A stretch of 64,000 nt of DNA from Euryarchaeota archaeon RBG_19FT_COMBO_56_21 (GTDB lineage: Archaea; Thermoplasmatota; Thermoplasmata; UBA10834). The notes under the pieces were generated by a model. The model had not been told where the DNA came from, searched no databases, and saw only the letters and a list, made by a program, of their open reading frames with translations. The first letter of the stretch is position 1, and every line of letters starts with the position of its first letter. A program made the translations under genes and the position numbers. The DNA is taken from assembly GCA_001800815.1 (NCBI GenBank), contig MGWC01000001.1:54431-118430 (forward strand), written 5' to 3'. Below are positions 54,405 to 63,907 of the stretch, piece after piece.

Positions 54405-54842
54405 ATGTCCAGGATGATTGATGTGAGCCACAAGAAGGTCGTGAGGAGGACTGCGACCGCTGAGGGTTTTCTTCTCCTCAAGGAATCCACCATGAGGGCG
54501 ATTGCCTCCGAGTCCGTCAAGAAAGGCGACGTCGTAGCTGCCTCCAAGCTCGCGGGGATTCAAGGGGCCAAAGCAACAGCCGCGACCCTACCTCTGTGTC
54601 ATCAGGTGCCACTTACTTCGATTGAAATCCAGATTGCGCGGAAGAAGGATAGGCTGCGCTGCAAGTGCACGGTATCAGCGCAATACAAGACTGGCGTCGA
54701 AATGGAAGCGTTGGTCGGCGTCACTGTCGCGCTCCTCAACGCCTGGGACATGGTCAAGTATCTCGAGAAAGACGAAACGGGTCAGTACCCCGAGACGAGG
54801 ATAACGGATGTCCGGGTGTTGAGAAAGCAGAAGGGAGACTGA
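54405..54842 (+). CDS. moaC: Cyclic pyranopterin monophosphate synthase accessory protein.
   Basis: AGGGGGG SD then ATG at 54405 (MSRMIDVSHK...). The MoaC family sequence follows. Confidence 0.75.
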   Translation: MSRMIDVSHKKVVRRTATAEGFLLLKESTMRAIASESVKKGDVVAASKLAGIQGAKATAATLPLCHQVPLTSIEIQIARKKDRLRCKCTVSAQYKTGVEMEALVGVTVALLNAWDMVKYLEKDETGQYPETRITDVRVLRKQKGD

Positions 54843-54847
54843 GTGAC

Positions 54848-55351
54848 ATGGGAGTTGAGGATCACAGGAGCAAGGCGCCGACGAGCGTCACGTTCGCAGT
54901 ACTGACGGTTAGCAGCACTAGAGTTGACGCAGATGACTACTCGGGAAGGGCCATCATCGATCTGCTCACCTCCGCGGGTCATAGGCTGGCAAAGAAGATC
55001 ATTGTCAAGGATGACATTCAGGAGATACAGAGAGCATTGCGCGATTTCATCGAAGATGGCGGCGTCCAGGCTGTGATCGTCAACGGAGGCACAGGCGTCG
55101 CGAGAGCGGACGTCACGCTGGAGGCGGTCGCGCACTTCGAGGAGAAGCAGCTCCCGGGATTTGGCGAGCTTTTCAGAGTCCTGAGTCATCAAGAGATAGG
55201 AAGCGCAGCTATCATGTCACGAGCTTCTGCGTTTGTCTCGGAAGGAAAGCCAGTATTCTGCATCCCTGGATCGGAGAGGGCAGTCAGACTCGCAGTAACA
55301 AAGCTGATAGAGCCCGAGCTTGGCCACCTGGTCTGGGAGGCCAACAGATGA
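54848..55351 (+). CDS. moaB: Molybdopterin adenylyltransferase (MoaB/MogA family).
   Basis: AAGGGAGA SD then ATG at 54848. GGTG motif (VIVNGGTGVARAD). Confidence 0.7.
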   Translation: MGVEDHRSKAPTSVTFAVLTVSSTRVDADDYSGRAIIDLLTSAGHRLAKKIIVKDDIQEIQRALRDFIEDGGVQAVIVNGGTGVARADVTLEAVAHFEEKQLPGFGELFRVLSHQEIGSAAIMSRASAFVSEGKPVFCIPGSERAVRLAVTKLIEPELGHLVWEANR

Positions 55352-56553
55352 GGCCGATCAAGAAGCTCATACAGCTGGATGAGGCAGTCGCGATCGTACT
55401 CGAACGAGCGAAGCCGATGAGACGCAAGGAGATCATTCCGTTGCTCAAGGCGATGGGCAGAGTGTCCGCCGAGAACGTCTCCTCCAAAGCGAGTGTCCCT
55501 CCGTTCGCCAGGGCGGCAATGGACGGATATGCCGTTCGTGCGCGCGACACGTTCGGAGCCTCGAGGATGAAGCCCGTAGTCCTCAGAAAGGTCGACACTA
55601 TCTATGCTGGAGGCGCTCCCAGGAAACCAATCACCAACGGTACCTGCGCAGAGATAGCGACGGGGGCGATGCTGCCCAAAGGTGCGGATTCAGTGGTCAT
55701 GGTCGAGGACACCGAATCCGACGGGACACACGTTTCGATAAGTGAGTCGGTTCACCCAGGCAAGAACGTCTCGAAGAAGGGAGAGGATATCTCTCCCGGT
55801 ACCAGGCTCATCTCAGAAGGAGATATTCTTAATCCAAGCAAAATAGGCTCATTGGCTGCGATTGGTGTCAAGACCGCCAGAGTCTATCGCAAACCCGTCA
55901 TCGGGATCATTCCTACCGGAAACGAGATAGCGGAGCTCGGAGCACAGCTGAAGCCCGGTCAAGTCTACAACATCAACTCCTACACACTCGCGTCGGTTGT
56001 TCAGGCCAACGGAGCAGAGGCTAGGGTGCTTCCAGTCGTCAATGATACTCTGAAGGACATCCAACGAATCGTGCGCAACAACAGCGATTGTGACATGCTC
56101 GTCTTTTCCGGTGGCAGTTCCGTTGGCGAGCGGGACATAATGCTCGACGTCTTGGAGCGGAGCGGTGATGTGCTGTTCCATGGGATTGCAGTGAAGCCGG
56201 GAAAACCCACTCTGTTCGGCACCATCGCGGGGCAATTGGTCTTCGGCATGCCAGGATATCCGACTTCATGCCTGTCCAACGCCTACATACTGCTGGCCCC
56301 CGCTTTGAGGAGAATGTCCCGATTGCCGGAAACCGAACCATCGTGCGTCCGCGCGCGCATGTCAAAACGTGTAGTCTCCGCTACCGGCAGGACTCAGTTC
56401 CTCACCGTGAAGCTTGACAGAGGGATGGCTCACCCCGTGTTCAAGGAATCCGGGGCGATCACGAGCATGGCATTTGCGGATGGATATGTGATAGTGCCCT
56501 CTGATGTCGATCTCGTTGAGAAAGGCGAAGAAGTGAAGGTCTACCTGTTATGA
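55348..56553 (+). CDS. moeA: Molybdopterin molybdenum/tungsten transferase.
   Basis: ATGA overlap with the moaB stop. MoeA four-domain family (GDVLFHGIAVKPGKP). Confidence 0.8.
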   Translation: MRPIKKLIQLDEAVAIVLERAKPMRRKEIIPLLKAMGRVSAENVSSKASVPPFARAAMDGYAVRARDTFGASRMKPVVLRKVDTIYAGGAPRKPITNGTCAEIATGAMLPKGADSVVMVEDTESDGTHVSISESVHPGKNVSKKGEDISPGTRLISEGDILNPSKIGSLAAIGVKTARVYRKPVIGIIPTGNEIAELGAQLKPGQVYNINSYTLASVVQANGAEARVLPVVNDTLKDIQRIVRNNSDCDMLVFSGGSSVGERDIMLDVLERSGDVLFHGIAVKPGKPTLFGTIAGQLVFGMPGYPTSCLSNAYILLAPALRRMSRLPETEPSCVRARMSKRVVSATGRTQFLTVKLDRGMAHPVFKESGAITSMAFADGYVIVPSDVDLVEKGEEVKVYLL

Positions 56554-56585
56554 GAGGCCCTTCCCAAAACGAACTTCGCGGCATC

Positions 56586-57323
56586 TCAGTAGACTGACTC
56601 ACCGCTAACGAACGCTGCTGTACGCGCATCTTCGGGGTTCTCGAAGAACTTCTTCCTATCTGCAATCTCAACGATCTCTCCGTCCCAAATCAATGCGATT
56701 CTCGTACACATCCGCTTGGCCTGGAACATGTTGTGCGTGACAATAACCACTGTGCGGTTCCCATCTTCCCGCATGTACTCCTGCACCTGGTTCTCCAGGA
56801 GCGATACATTGGCTGGATCCAGATTCGCTGCGAACTCGTCTAGCAGAAGCATGCTAGGGGCATGGACGGTGGCGCGAGCGAAGCACAGACGCTGCATTTC
56901 TCCTCCTGAAAGGTTCCTTGCGTTGGTTCTGCGACGTCCGTGAAGTCCCAACCGTTTGAGCTCTGCGTCCACAACCTCGGCAATCCGATGTTCGTCCCAT
57001 CCCCTGATCATGAGAGAATATCCGAGATTGTTCGCAACGCTCCTGTTCAAGACCACTGGCTTCTGCAGCACCATCCCTATGTTCCGCCTCACCGTCTCAG
57101 CGCGCGCGTCGGTCTGAGCCACGTACTGTCCGTCGATTAGGAGCCTGCCTTTGGTCGGAGCTTCCAGGAGATCCATGATTCGCAGTATGGTGCTCTTGCC
57201 CGCACCGCTCGGACCGACTATCCCGAATACTTCTCCCTTGGAGACAGCAAACGAGGCACCTTTGAGAGCGACGACTCCGTTGTATTTCTTCGACACGTCC
57301 TCCAGGGCGATTGCCGTCTTCAT
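56586..57323 (-). CDS. tupC: Tungstate/molybdate ABC transporter ATP-binding protein.
   Basis: ATG at 57323, overlapping the tupB stop (ATGA). Walker A GPSGAGKST. LSGGEMQR signature. Walker B LLLDEF. Confidence 0.75.
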   Translation of the reverse strand: MKTAIALEDVSKKYNGVVALKGASFAVSKGEVFGIVGPSGAGKSTILRIMDLLEAPTKGRLLIDGQYVAQTDARAETVRRNIGMVLQKPVVLNRSVANNLGYSLMIRGWDEHRIAEVVDAELKRLGLHGRRRTNARNLSGGEMQRLCFARATVHAPSMLLLDEFAANLDPANVSLLENQVQEYMREDGNRTVVIVTHNMFQAKRMCTRIALIWDGEIVEIADRKKFFENPEDARTAAFVSGESVY

Positions 57324-57973
57324 AGCATCTCCCTCTCCTGGAGGAGCCTCAGGAACAGGAACACCATCAGAGCGACTGACAGCAACACTATGCCAAGAGA
57401 CATCGCCCATTCGAAATGCCCCATCCGAGTCTCGAGCATGATCGCAGTCGTAAGAACTCGTGTCTCCCCATCGATGTTCCCTCCGACGAGGTATGCTGCG
57501 CCCACCTCCGCGATAACCCTGCCAAATCCAATCATACACGCCATAACAAGGCCCACCCAAGCTTCCCGCATGACAGTGATTATGGACTGACTCGGCGACG
57601 CTCCGAGCGCTTTCACCGTATCCTTAATCGACCTATCGACTTCGACTACTGAGGTAATAGTGATGCCTGTCACTAATGGAATCACAAGGAACGTCTCGGC
57701 GATGATCATCGCCGTCGGTGTGAACAATATTCCGAGATCTCCGAGCGGACCAGCGCGAGAGAACATGTAGTAGACGACCAAGCCAGACAACACTGGCGGG
57801 AAGCCGTACAGGGTGTATGTCAGTGTCTTGACCGCTCCCTTTCCACCGAACTCCTTGAGGCCGATGAGCGCGCCCAGCGGTATGCCTATGGCTGACCCTA
57901 GTATCGTCGCCATCCCGGAAACATACAGAGACAGCAGCGTTACGTCAAGAAGCTCGTTGCCTGTTGAGACCAT
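57320..57973 (-). CDS. tupB: Tungstate/molybdate ABC transporter permease.
   Basis: Five or six TM segments with an EAA-like loop (TVKALGASPSQSIITV). Sits between the SBP and ATPase genes. Confidence 0.7.
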   Translation of the reverse strand: MVSTGNELLDVTLLSLYVSGMATILGSAIGIPLGALIGLKEFGGKGAVKTLTYTLYGFPPVLSGLVVYYMFSRAGPLGDLGILFTPTAMIIAETFLVIPLVTGITITSVVEVDRSIKDTVKALGASPSQSIITVMREAWVGLVMACMIGFGRVIAEVGAAYLVGGNIDGETRVLTTAIMLETRMGHFEWAMSLGIVLLSVALMVFLFLRLLQEREML

Positions 57974-58981
57974 CTATCGCACCGGATGAAACGGAAGTAC
58001 ATCCATCCACGGGAAGATTGCCCGCGGGCTCGATACGCGTGTCACACTTCGATCCACTTCCATCATTTCGCTCGTCACTGATGATGCAACACTGACTGTC
58101 TGTGGAGTCGCGTTCGGGAAGAAGAGCTGATGCCCGTACTTCTCGTAGCTCGCAATCAGGTCCTGTCCAGCCTCCGATACGAGCCATTCCTTGAATGCGA
58201 GCGCGAGTGTATGGTTCACGTGCTTGTGCATCGTAGAGTTCACCGGGATGACACTGTATTGGTTGAACAGCGCGCTGTCGCCAGAGTATGTCATGTTGAG
58301 ATGCGGGATGATGTTCTCGTCCATCCTTTGGTAGTAAGTAGCATCGTCTGAGAGTGTGTACGCGTCAAGCTCTTCGCACATGTCAAGGACCGCTCCCATT
58401 CCCTGTCCGGACTGGATGTACCATGACGAAGAGAAGGCCGCGACTTGTGTTTTGCTGTATCCCAGGGTGCTCCAGATCGTCAGCTCCTTCGAATGCGTCC
58501 CGGAGTTGTCCGCCCTCGAGACGAACTTGGCCATTCCAACAGTGCCATTGTCATAGATCCTCTGGAAGGCGTCGCTAGCGTTCTTGGCGTTCTCAGTAAC
58601 TAGGGGATCTTCGCTCGGACCGACAATGACGAAGTTGTTGTACATGACTAGAGTTCTGCTCTCGCCATATCCAGTTGCTACGAAATCCTTCTCAGCAGCA
58701 GGCGAGTGAACAAGCAGAACATCAACATCACCGTTCTTACCGAGCTCGATTGCCTGCCCAGAGCCAACCGCAATGACATCAACATCGCAGTTGTGTTCGT
58801 CCTCGAATACGGGTAGAATGTAGTCGAGCAAACCCGAATCATAGGTGCTCGTCGTTGTCGCGAGCCTAATAGACTTCACCTCCTCATCCCTGGTCATCAA
58901 GGCATAACTGACAGTCCCACCAACCACGATTCCAGCTGCGATGACGGTTGCGAAGGCTATCCAGATTCCTTTCATGCTCAC
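57974..58981 (-). CDS. tupA: Tungstate-binding periplasmic/surface substrate-binding protein (TupA-type).
   Basis: N-terminal TM/signal. RLATTTSTYDSGLL contains the TupA TTTS oxyanion-binding motif. GTG at 58981 or ATG at 58975. Confidence 0.65.
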   Translation of the reverse strand: MSMKGIWIAFATVIAAGIVVGGTVSYALMTRDEEVKSIRLATTTSTYDSGLLDYILPVFEDEHNCDVDVIAVGSGQAIELGKNGDVDVLLVHSPAAEKDFVATGYGESRTLVMYNNFVIVGPSEDPLVTENAKNASDAFQRIYDNGTVGMAKFVSRADNSGTHSKELTIWSTLGYSKTQVAAFSSSWYIQSGQGMGAVLDMCEELDAYTLSDDATYYQRMDENIIPHLNMTYSGDSALFNQYSVIPVNSTMHKHVNHTLALAFKEWLVSEAGQDLIASYEKYGHQLFFPNATPQTVSVASSVTSEMMEVDRSVTRVSSPRAIFPWMDVLPFHPVR

Positions 58982-59132
58982 ACCGATATGCTTTTTCGAG
59001 CATAATGAGGACTCCAGTATATAACAATTGGCGGGTGGGCCCAGATTATATTCGATTTTCTAGATTAAGAACTTCTCACTATAACGACACACCCCCATTT
59101 CAAATGGAACTTCCAGTGGAAAGACAGGATAA

Positions 59133-60014
59133 ATGATGAAAAGCAGGCAAAGGCATTTATCTGATACTGACTTCTTGATGACAGCTAGCCGGGAGGGGAG
59201 AGCAATCAGCCCAAAGAAGAAGTTAGCAATAGTGGCCGCCACGGCAGTCGTGTCACTGATAGTGGTGGTAGTGGGTCTGGCGTCCTTGGCCCCGAAGTCG
59301 AAACCGCAGTCCGTGAACGAACTGCCGGTGGCGAACTTCTCCTTCGACGCCAACAATCTTACGGTTGAGTTCAACGCTTCGGCGTCGAACGATCCCGACG
59401 GCTCAATCGCGAACTACTCCTGGAGTTTCGGCGACGAGTCCCTCGGTTATGGAGCCGTGATCGTCCACGATTTCGCGGACAATGGCACATACTCAACGGA
59501 ACTTACTGTGACGGATGACAAGGGAGGAAAGAACTCATCGAAGAAGAGCGTGAGCGTCTCGATTACGGTCGAGCCGGCCGCGAGCGGCCCCGAGGCCAAG
59601 ATCGAGATCGTGTCGAAGGACAACTGGACTGTCGTCCTCAGCGGCGCAAAATCGAAAGTGCGCGAGCAAGGACAGATAGTCTCTTACGCTTGGAGCTTCG
59701 GGGATGGCTCTACCGGTACGGGTGTTGTGGTGACACACACCTTCGCCGCGAACGGGACATACACTGTGGTCTTGACGGTGACGGATGACAAGGGTGCCAC
59801 GAACAACACCTCGGTCAGCATCACCGTGAAAAAGCCCTGGGTCCCACCAGAGGAACCACCAGAGCCACCCACGAACAAAACTGGTCCTCCTGGTCTGTTG
59901 CACGCGATCGAAATCCACAAGGAGAAGGCGGACAGGAACGGCGGGCTTCAGAACTCTCTGGACCACCTAGTCGGGAATCTCGAGAAGTGGCTGGACAAGC
60001 ACGCTGCTCCGTGA
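59133..60014 (+). CDS. Membrane-anchored protein with two PKD domains.
   Basis: N-terminal TM (LAIVAATAVVSLIVVVVGLASLA). SWSFGDES and AWSFGDGSTG...TYTVVLTVTDDKGA PKD signatures. Confidence 0.6.
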   Translation: MMKSRQRHLSDTDFLMTASREGRAISPKKKLAIVAATAVVSLIVVVVGLASLAPKSKPQSVNELPVANFSFDANNLTVEFNASASNDPDGSIANYSWSFGDESLGYGAVIVHDFADNGTYSTELTVTDDKGGKNSSKKSVSVSITVEPAASGPEAKIEIVSKDNWTVVLSGAKSKVREQGQIVSYAWSFGDGSTGTGVVVTHTFAANGTYTVVLTVTDDKGATNNTSVSITVKKPWVPPEEPPEPPTNKTGPPGLLHAIEIHKEKADRNGGLQNSLDHLVGNLEKWLDKHAAP

Positions 60015-60037
60015 CGAAGCCGTTTCAAACTCTAACC

Positions 60038-60075
60038 GAAGAAGCCTCCGGGCTTCTTCGAAATTCATTTTTCTC
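60038..60075 (+). terminator. Hairpin GAAGAAGCC-TCCG-GGCTTCTTC followed by CATTTTTCTC, 24 nt after the PKD gene stop.
   Basis: Read from the sequence. Perfect 9-bp stem plus an oligo-T tract. Confidence 0.45.
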
Positions 60076-60200
60076 ACACTGTCGACAGAAGACTGGGTCG
60101 TTTGATCCTGACAACGGAGCAATTAGCATCCGCTACAGTTGAGTGGATGCAGCAGAGAATTCCAGTCCTCAATCGGGGGCGGATCCCCGACGCCAAATCA

Positions 60201-60347
60201 CTATCTTCGAACCAGGTGAGTGTAGTGGCACTCCGGGCATTCAACCGTCTTGCCATCAGACTCGACCATCTTCACATGCTTCTGTGCCTTCTCGCACTCA
60301 GGGCACATGATGTCCTTCCTTCTCTTGAACAACTCTAGGAATGCCAT
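60201..60347 (-). CDS. Unannotated 48-aa C4 zinc-ribbon protein (MAFLELFKRRKDIMCPECEKAQKHVKMVESDGKTVECPECHYTHLVRR).
   Basis: Translated by hand. ATG at 60347 preceded by GAGGAG at 5-nt spacing. Two CPEC motifs. Lies 30 nt downstream of the GGGPS stop on the same strand. Below the 60-aa cutoff of the ORF track. Confidence 0.5.
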   Translation of the reverse strand: MAFLELFKRRKDIMCPECEKAQKHVKMVESDGKTVECPECHYTHLVRR

Positions 60348-60379
60348 GTATTCTCCTCGGCCTGTGATTCCTAATCGGA

Positions 60380-61153
60380 TTATAAAACCTTTGGACGTTG
60401 CCGGGCGGCTTCTACCTGCGCCCCGTGCACAGCCCTGACCACTCGCCTGAGCTGAGATTCGAATTCGCCATTCTCCACAAGAGTCCCCGTCACAACGATA
60501 TCCGCTCCTGATGCGGCGATCTCAGCAGCCTGCTTCTCGGTCACAATCCCCCCGCCCACAACGATCGGGACGTCGACAGATTCGCGAACAGCTTCGATCA
60601 TCGCGGAGGGTACAGGTTCTGGCGCGCCCGAACCAGCTTCCAGATACAGCAAATCCATCCCGAAGAACTCCGTCGTCAACGCGTATCCAATCACCGTCTG
60701 CAGGTCGTCTCTCTTCACCAGCTCTGCTTCTCCCACCTCTCCGACCTTCATGCCCGGCTCGACGATGACATAACCCATGGAGATAGGTTCGATGCCGAGC
60801 TTCTTGATGACGGGTGCTCCCTTGGCGTGCTCTCCAGTTATGTTCCTCACATTTCGCGAGTTGAGCATGCTCATGAAGTAGATTGCATCGGATTTGCGCG
60901 CGATCGCGTTTGCGCCCGAGGGGAAGTAGATCACAGGCAACTTGGTTTTCTTCTTGATCTCCTCCACGGTCTTGTCGAGGTTCTCCTGCGTGATCCCCGT
61001 TGATCCGCCGACCATTATCGCATCTGTTCCCGCCTTCGCTGCCTTCAGGGCGATCTCGCCTGATTCCTTGGGATTCTGCTTTGCAGGATCGATGAGGGTC
61101 ATGTGCATCTTTCGTTTCTTCAATGTCTCAGCGATGTATTCGCGGACCTTCAA
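60380..61153 (-). CDS. Geranylgeranylglyceryl phosphate synthase (PcrB/GGGPS family), archaeal ether-lipid synthesis.
   Basis: GTDAIMVGGSTG and PIVVGGGI motifs. The N-terminus KVREYIAETLKKRKMHMTLIDP resembles known GGGPS N-termini (MKVEEYL...LTLIDP). This implies a TTG start at 61153 overlapping the upstream TGA (TTGA). Confidence 0.7.
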   Translation of the reverse strand: MKVREYIAETLKKRKMHMTLIDPAKQNPKESGEIALKAAKAGTDAIMVGGSTGITQENLDKTVEEIKKKTKLPVIYFPSGANAIARKSDAIYFMSMLNSRNVRNITGEHAKGAPVIKKLGIEPISMGYVIVEPGMKVGEVGEAELVKRDDLQTVIGYALTTEFFGMDLLYLEAGSGAPEPVPSAMIEAVRESVDVPIVVGGGIVTEKQAAEIAASGADIVVTGTLVENGEFESQLRRVVRAVHGAQVEAARQRPKVL

Positions 61154-61998
61154 AAGACCCCTCCAACGAGGAACGCTATGAGGGCGATGAGCATTGCCAT
61201 TTTTGCAGTTTTCTGCCCTTTCTCTGGGCTTCTGAAGTGAGTCCAAGCACAATATATAAAGACTCCATCGGCAACAGCCACCACGGGTACATACCAGACT
61301 GAGAGGAGTTCAAGCAAGTACGGGACCGGGCTGACCGCCACGGCCGCGAGGAACGCGCCAGAGCCCAATGCACCGGCCTTCCTAGCACCGATGCGCATCG
61401 GGAGGGTCTTTCTCACACCCTTGTCACCCTCTAGGTCCTGGATGTCCTTTACGACCTCGCGTCCGAGCGTTGCGAGGAAGGCAAGCAATGCAAGTATCCA
61501 TGCTAGCTCGATCTCCTCGACAGCCGCACCTCCGAACAGGAAGAGCCCTCCGGTAAGCCAACTGATGGCAAGATTGCCGGCAAACCCCTCAGCCTTCAGC
61601 ATGAGCTCGTATCCGAGCATGACGCCGATCGAAATGAGTACGATGATCAAAGACCATGGATTCACAAACACACTGAGCGCGAAGGCTACTCCGAAGAAAG
61701 CTATCGAGAGCATGAACGCATCATTTGGCCTCACAATTCCCGCAGGGATCGGCCGCTTCGGGTGAGCTATCTTGTCTATCTCCCTGTCAAAGTAGTCGTT
61801 GAGCGAGTTGCCTGCACCCGTGAAGAATACCACTATTGCCATCGACAGAGACACCTGTAGGGCGAAGTCCTGTACGCCCTCGATGCCTCCACAGACGACG
61901 GCTGCGAGCAGTGCCCCGAAGGCCCCCATGACGCAGTTTCCGAGCCTCAGCAGACCGAGGATGCCTGCCGGCGTCGTCCTCGTTTTCACGGACTCCAT
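61150..61998 (-). CDS. UbiA-family prenyltransferase, probable digeranylgeranylglyceryl phosphate synthase.
   Basis: NDYFDREIDKIAHPKRPIP (UbiA Asp-rich motif), 7-8 TM segments, and operonic with GGGPS. Confidence 0.6.
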   Translation of the reverse strand: MESVKTRTTPAGILGLLRLGNCVMGAFGALLAAVVCGGIEGVQDFALQVSLSMAIVVFFTGAGNSLNDYFDREIDKIAHPKRPIPAGIVRPNDAFMLSIAFFGVAFALSVFVNPWSLIIVLISIGVMLGYELMLKAEGFAGNLAISWLTGGLFLFGGAAVEEIELAWILALLAFLATLGREVVKDIQDLEGDKGVRKTLPMRIGARKAGALGSGAFLAAVAVSPVPYLLELLSVWYVPVVAVADGVFIYCAWTHFRSPEKGQKTAKMAMLIALIAFLVGGVF

Positions 61999-62077
61999 TG
62001 ACGGTTGTCAGATAGTGCGCGAATATAAGCGTTTTTGCGACACATGGGCACCCTCCCAAAGGGTTATGTAGCTGCGC

Positions 62078-63907
62078 TTGATTGGTCGAGCTGACATGAC
62101 TCCTCCGATTCCGCCAGAGGCATCAAAGGAGATCGAATTCGTAAAGGGTCTAGTCGCGAGGCACTTCCCTGTATACGATGTCCGTGTCACATACGATGTA
62201 GTCGAGTTCTTCTGCAGGGTGGAAAGCACTACTCTCGAAGACGAATTCGAGAGGATGAGGCAGGAGATGGGTGAGAACGGCTACATCCCGATGATAATCT
62301 ATGACAAAGGGGAGCATATAGTCACTGTTGCGAAGAAGCCGGTGACCAAGTATCGCAGCATCTACGTCAATGTGGCGTTGCTGATAGTGACCTTCTTCAC
62401 AGTCTTGCTCTCCGGAGCGATTTCTTGGGTCGGCTACAACGGAGACTCGTCAAGTGAGCTGTTCACCTCAGATGTGTTGCTGATGGGACTTCTGACCTTC
62501 ACCCTGCCGCTCATGGGCATATTGGGCGTTCACGAGCTCGCGCACTTCGTAGCTGCGAGGCGGAGGAAAGTGGCTGCTTCCTTGCCTTTCTTCATCTTCG
62601 GCCCGCCTCCACTGGGAACCTTCGGGGCGTTCATCTCGCTTAGGGACCCAATTCCGAACAAGAAGGCGCTCCTGGAGATTGGCATCGCAGGACCGATCGC
62701 TGGATTGCTCATGGCACTTCCACTCGGTTTCCTTGGCCTCATGCTGACAAACAGCGAGGCGAAACCGGTTCCGCTCAACGTGGGATCCGAGGGCGTCATA
62801 GGTGTCAATTTTCCGCTTCTCTACTCATGGATGTCGGAGCTGGTCCCTCTTCAGGGAGACTACCTCCTTCACCCGCTAGCTTTCGCTGCATGGGTCGGCT
62901 TCCTCGTGACCGCCCTCAACCTGCTGCCTTTTGGTCAGTTGGACGGGGGCCACGTTGCGCGCGCACTGTTGGGTGCGCGCTCGAAGTACCTCGGCTACGC
63001 GACAATCGCCATTCTCGTAGGTCTCGGGATGTACTATTTCGGATGGCTGTTATTCGCCCTCTTCGTCTTCATACTCGGCGCACGGCACCCTCCACCTTTG
63101 AACGACATCTCCCCCTTAGGGAAGAAGCGCATGATCACCGGCGCGCTGACTTTCGTCCTGCTTATTGTAGCGTTCGTTCCGATTCCGATGGAACCCATCG
63201 AGGCGGATTACTCCTTCGAACTCGAGCCGATTGGGGACGTCAACATGACAATCCCTCTGGGAGGCTCGCTTGCCGTGTCCTTCGTTGTGAATAACGTGGG
63301 AAACGCTTGGAACGAGATCGAACTGACGAAAAGTGCTTTGCCTTTGGCTGATTGGAACGCCAGCTTCAAACGTCACGACCAACTAGTGTATGAGGAGTCG
63401 CTCACCGTGGGGCTCAACGCAGGCGAGACCTCGATGGTCGACCTGCAGATCATAACCGGATCCTCGATGCAAGTTGGTCAGTACTACTCTCTTGCCGTGA
63501 GTGGCGTTGCGTTGAACTCGTCCAAGGTCGTGCGCGAGTTGGCCTACAACATCTCAGTGGCCAGTCCGACATTCACATACTTCGTCCAACCTCCTAGCGC
63601 ACCAGTGACGCCAGGCAACTCGACTTATGCGAACATCCTTTTCAACAATACTGGAACGACCGATCTCGAACTCACGGTCGAACCATCAGCAGGGCTGCCC
63701 CCATTTGTCGACGTGCTCCTTTACTCGGGAGGCTTGAATAACACCAACCCGGTCAACATAACGATTGCTTCGCAGAACTCGTGGCCGATCGGCGTCTGGA
63801 TTATCGTGTCCGAGTTCTGTCTGCCCGGAGAGAAAGTAGTCGGCGTGGAGGTATCAAAAGAGGGCACTCTCCTCGCCACCATACCGATCACGGTAGTTGT
63901 GGTCTAG
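62078..63907 (+). CDS. Site-2 protease (M50 family) with a large extracytoplasmic C-terminal domain.
   Basis: HELAHF (HExxH) and LLPFGQLDGGH (LDG) motifs within TM segments. A C-terminal ~250-aa domain rich in N-x-S/T sequons. The track start is a TTG at 62078; an ATG is at 62096. Confidence 0.65.
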   Translation: MIGRADMTPPIPPEASKEIEFVKGLVARHFPVYDVRVTYDVVEFFCRVESTTLEDEFERMRQEMGENGYIPMIIYDKGEHIVTVAKKPVTKYRSIYVNVALLIVTFFTVLLSGAISWVGYNGDSSSELFTSDVLLMGLLTFTLPLMGILGVHELAHFVAARRRKVAASLPFFIFGPPPLGTFGAFISLRDPIPNKKALLEIGIAGPIAGLLMALPLGFLGLMLTNSEAKPVPLNVGSEGVIGVNFPLLYSWMSELVPLQGDYLLHPLAFAAWVGFLVTALNLLPFGQLDGGHVARALLGARSKYLGYATIAILVGLGMYYFGWLLFALFVFILGARHPPPLNDISPLGKKRMITGALTFVLLIVAFVPIPMEPIEADYSFELEPIGDVNMTIPLGGSLAVSFVVNNVGNAWNEIELTKSALPLADWNASFKRHDQLVYEESLTVGLNAGETSMVDLQIITGSSMQVGQYYSLAVSGVALNSSKVVRELAYNISVASPTFTYFVQPPSAPVTPGNSTYANILFNNTGTTDLELTVEPSAGLPPFVDVLLYSGGLNNTNPVNITIASQNSWPIGVWIIVSEFCLPGEKVVGVEVSKEGTLLATIPITVVVV

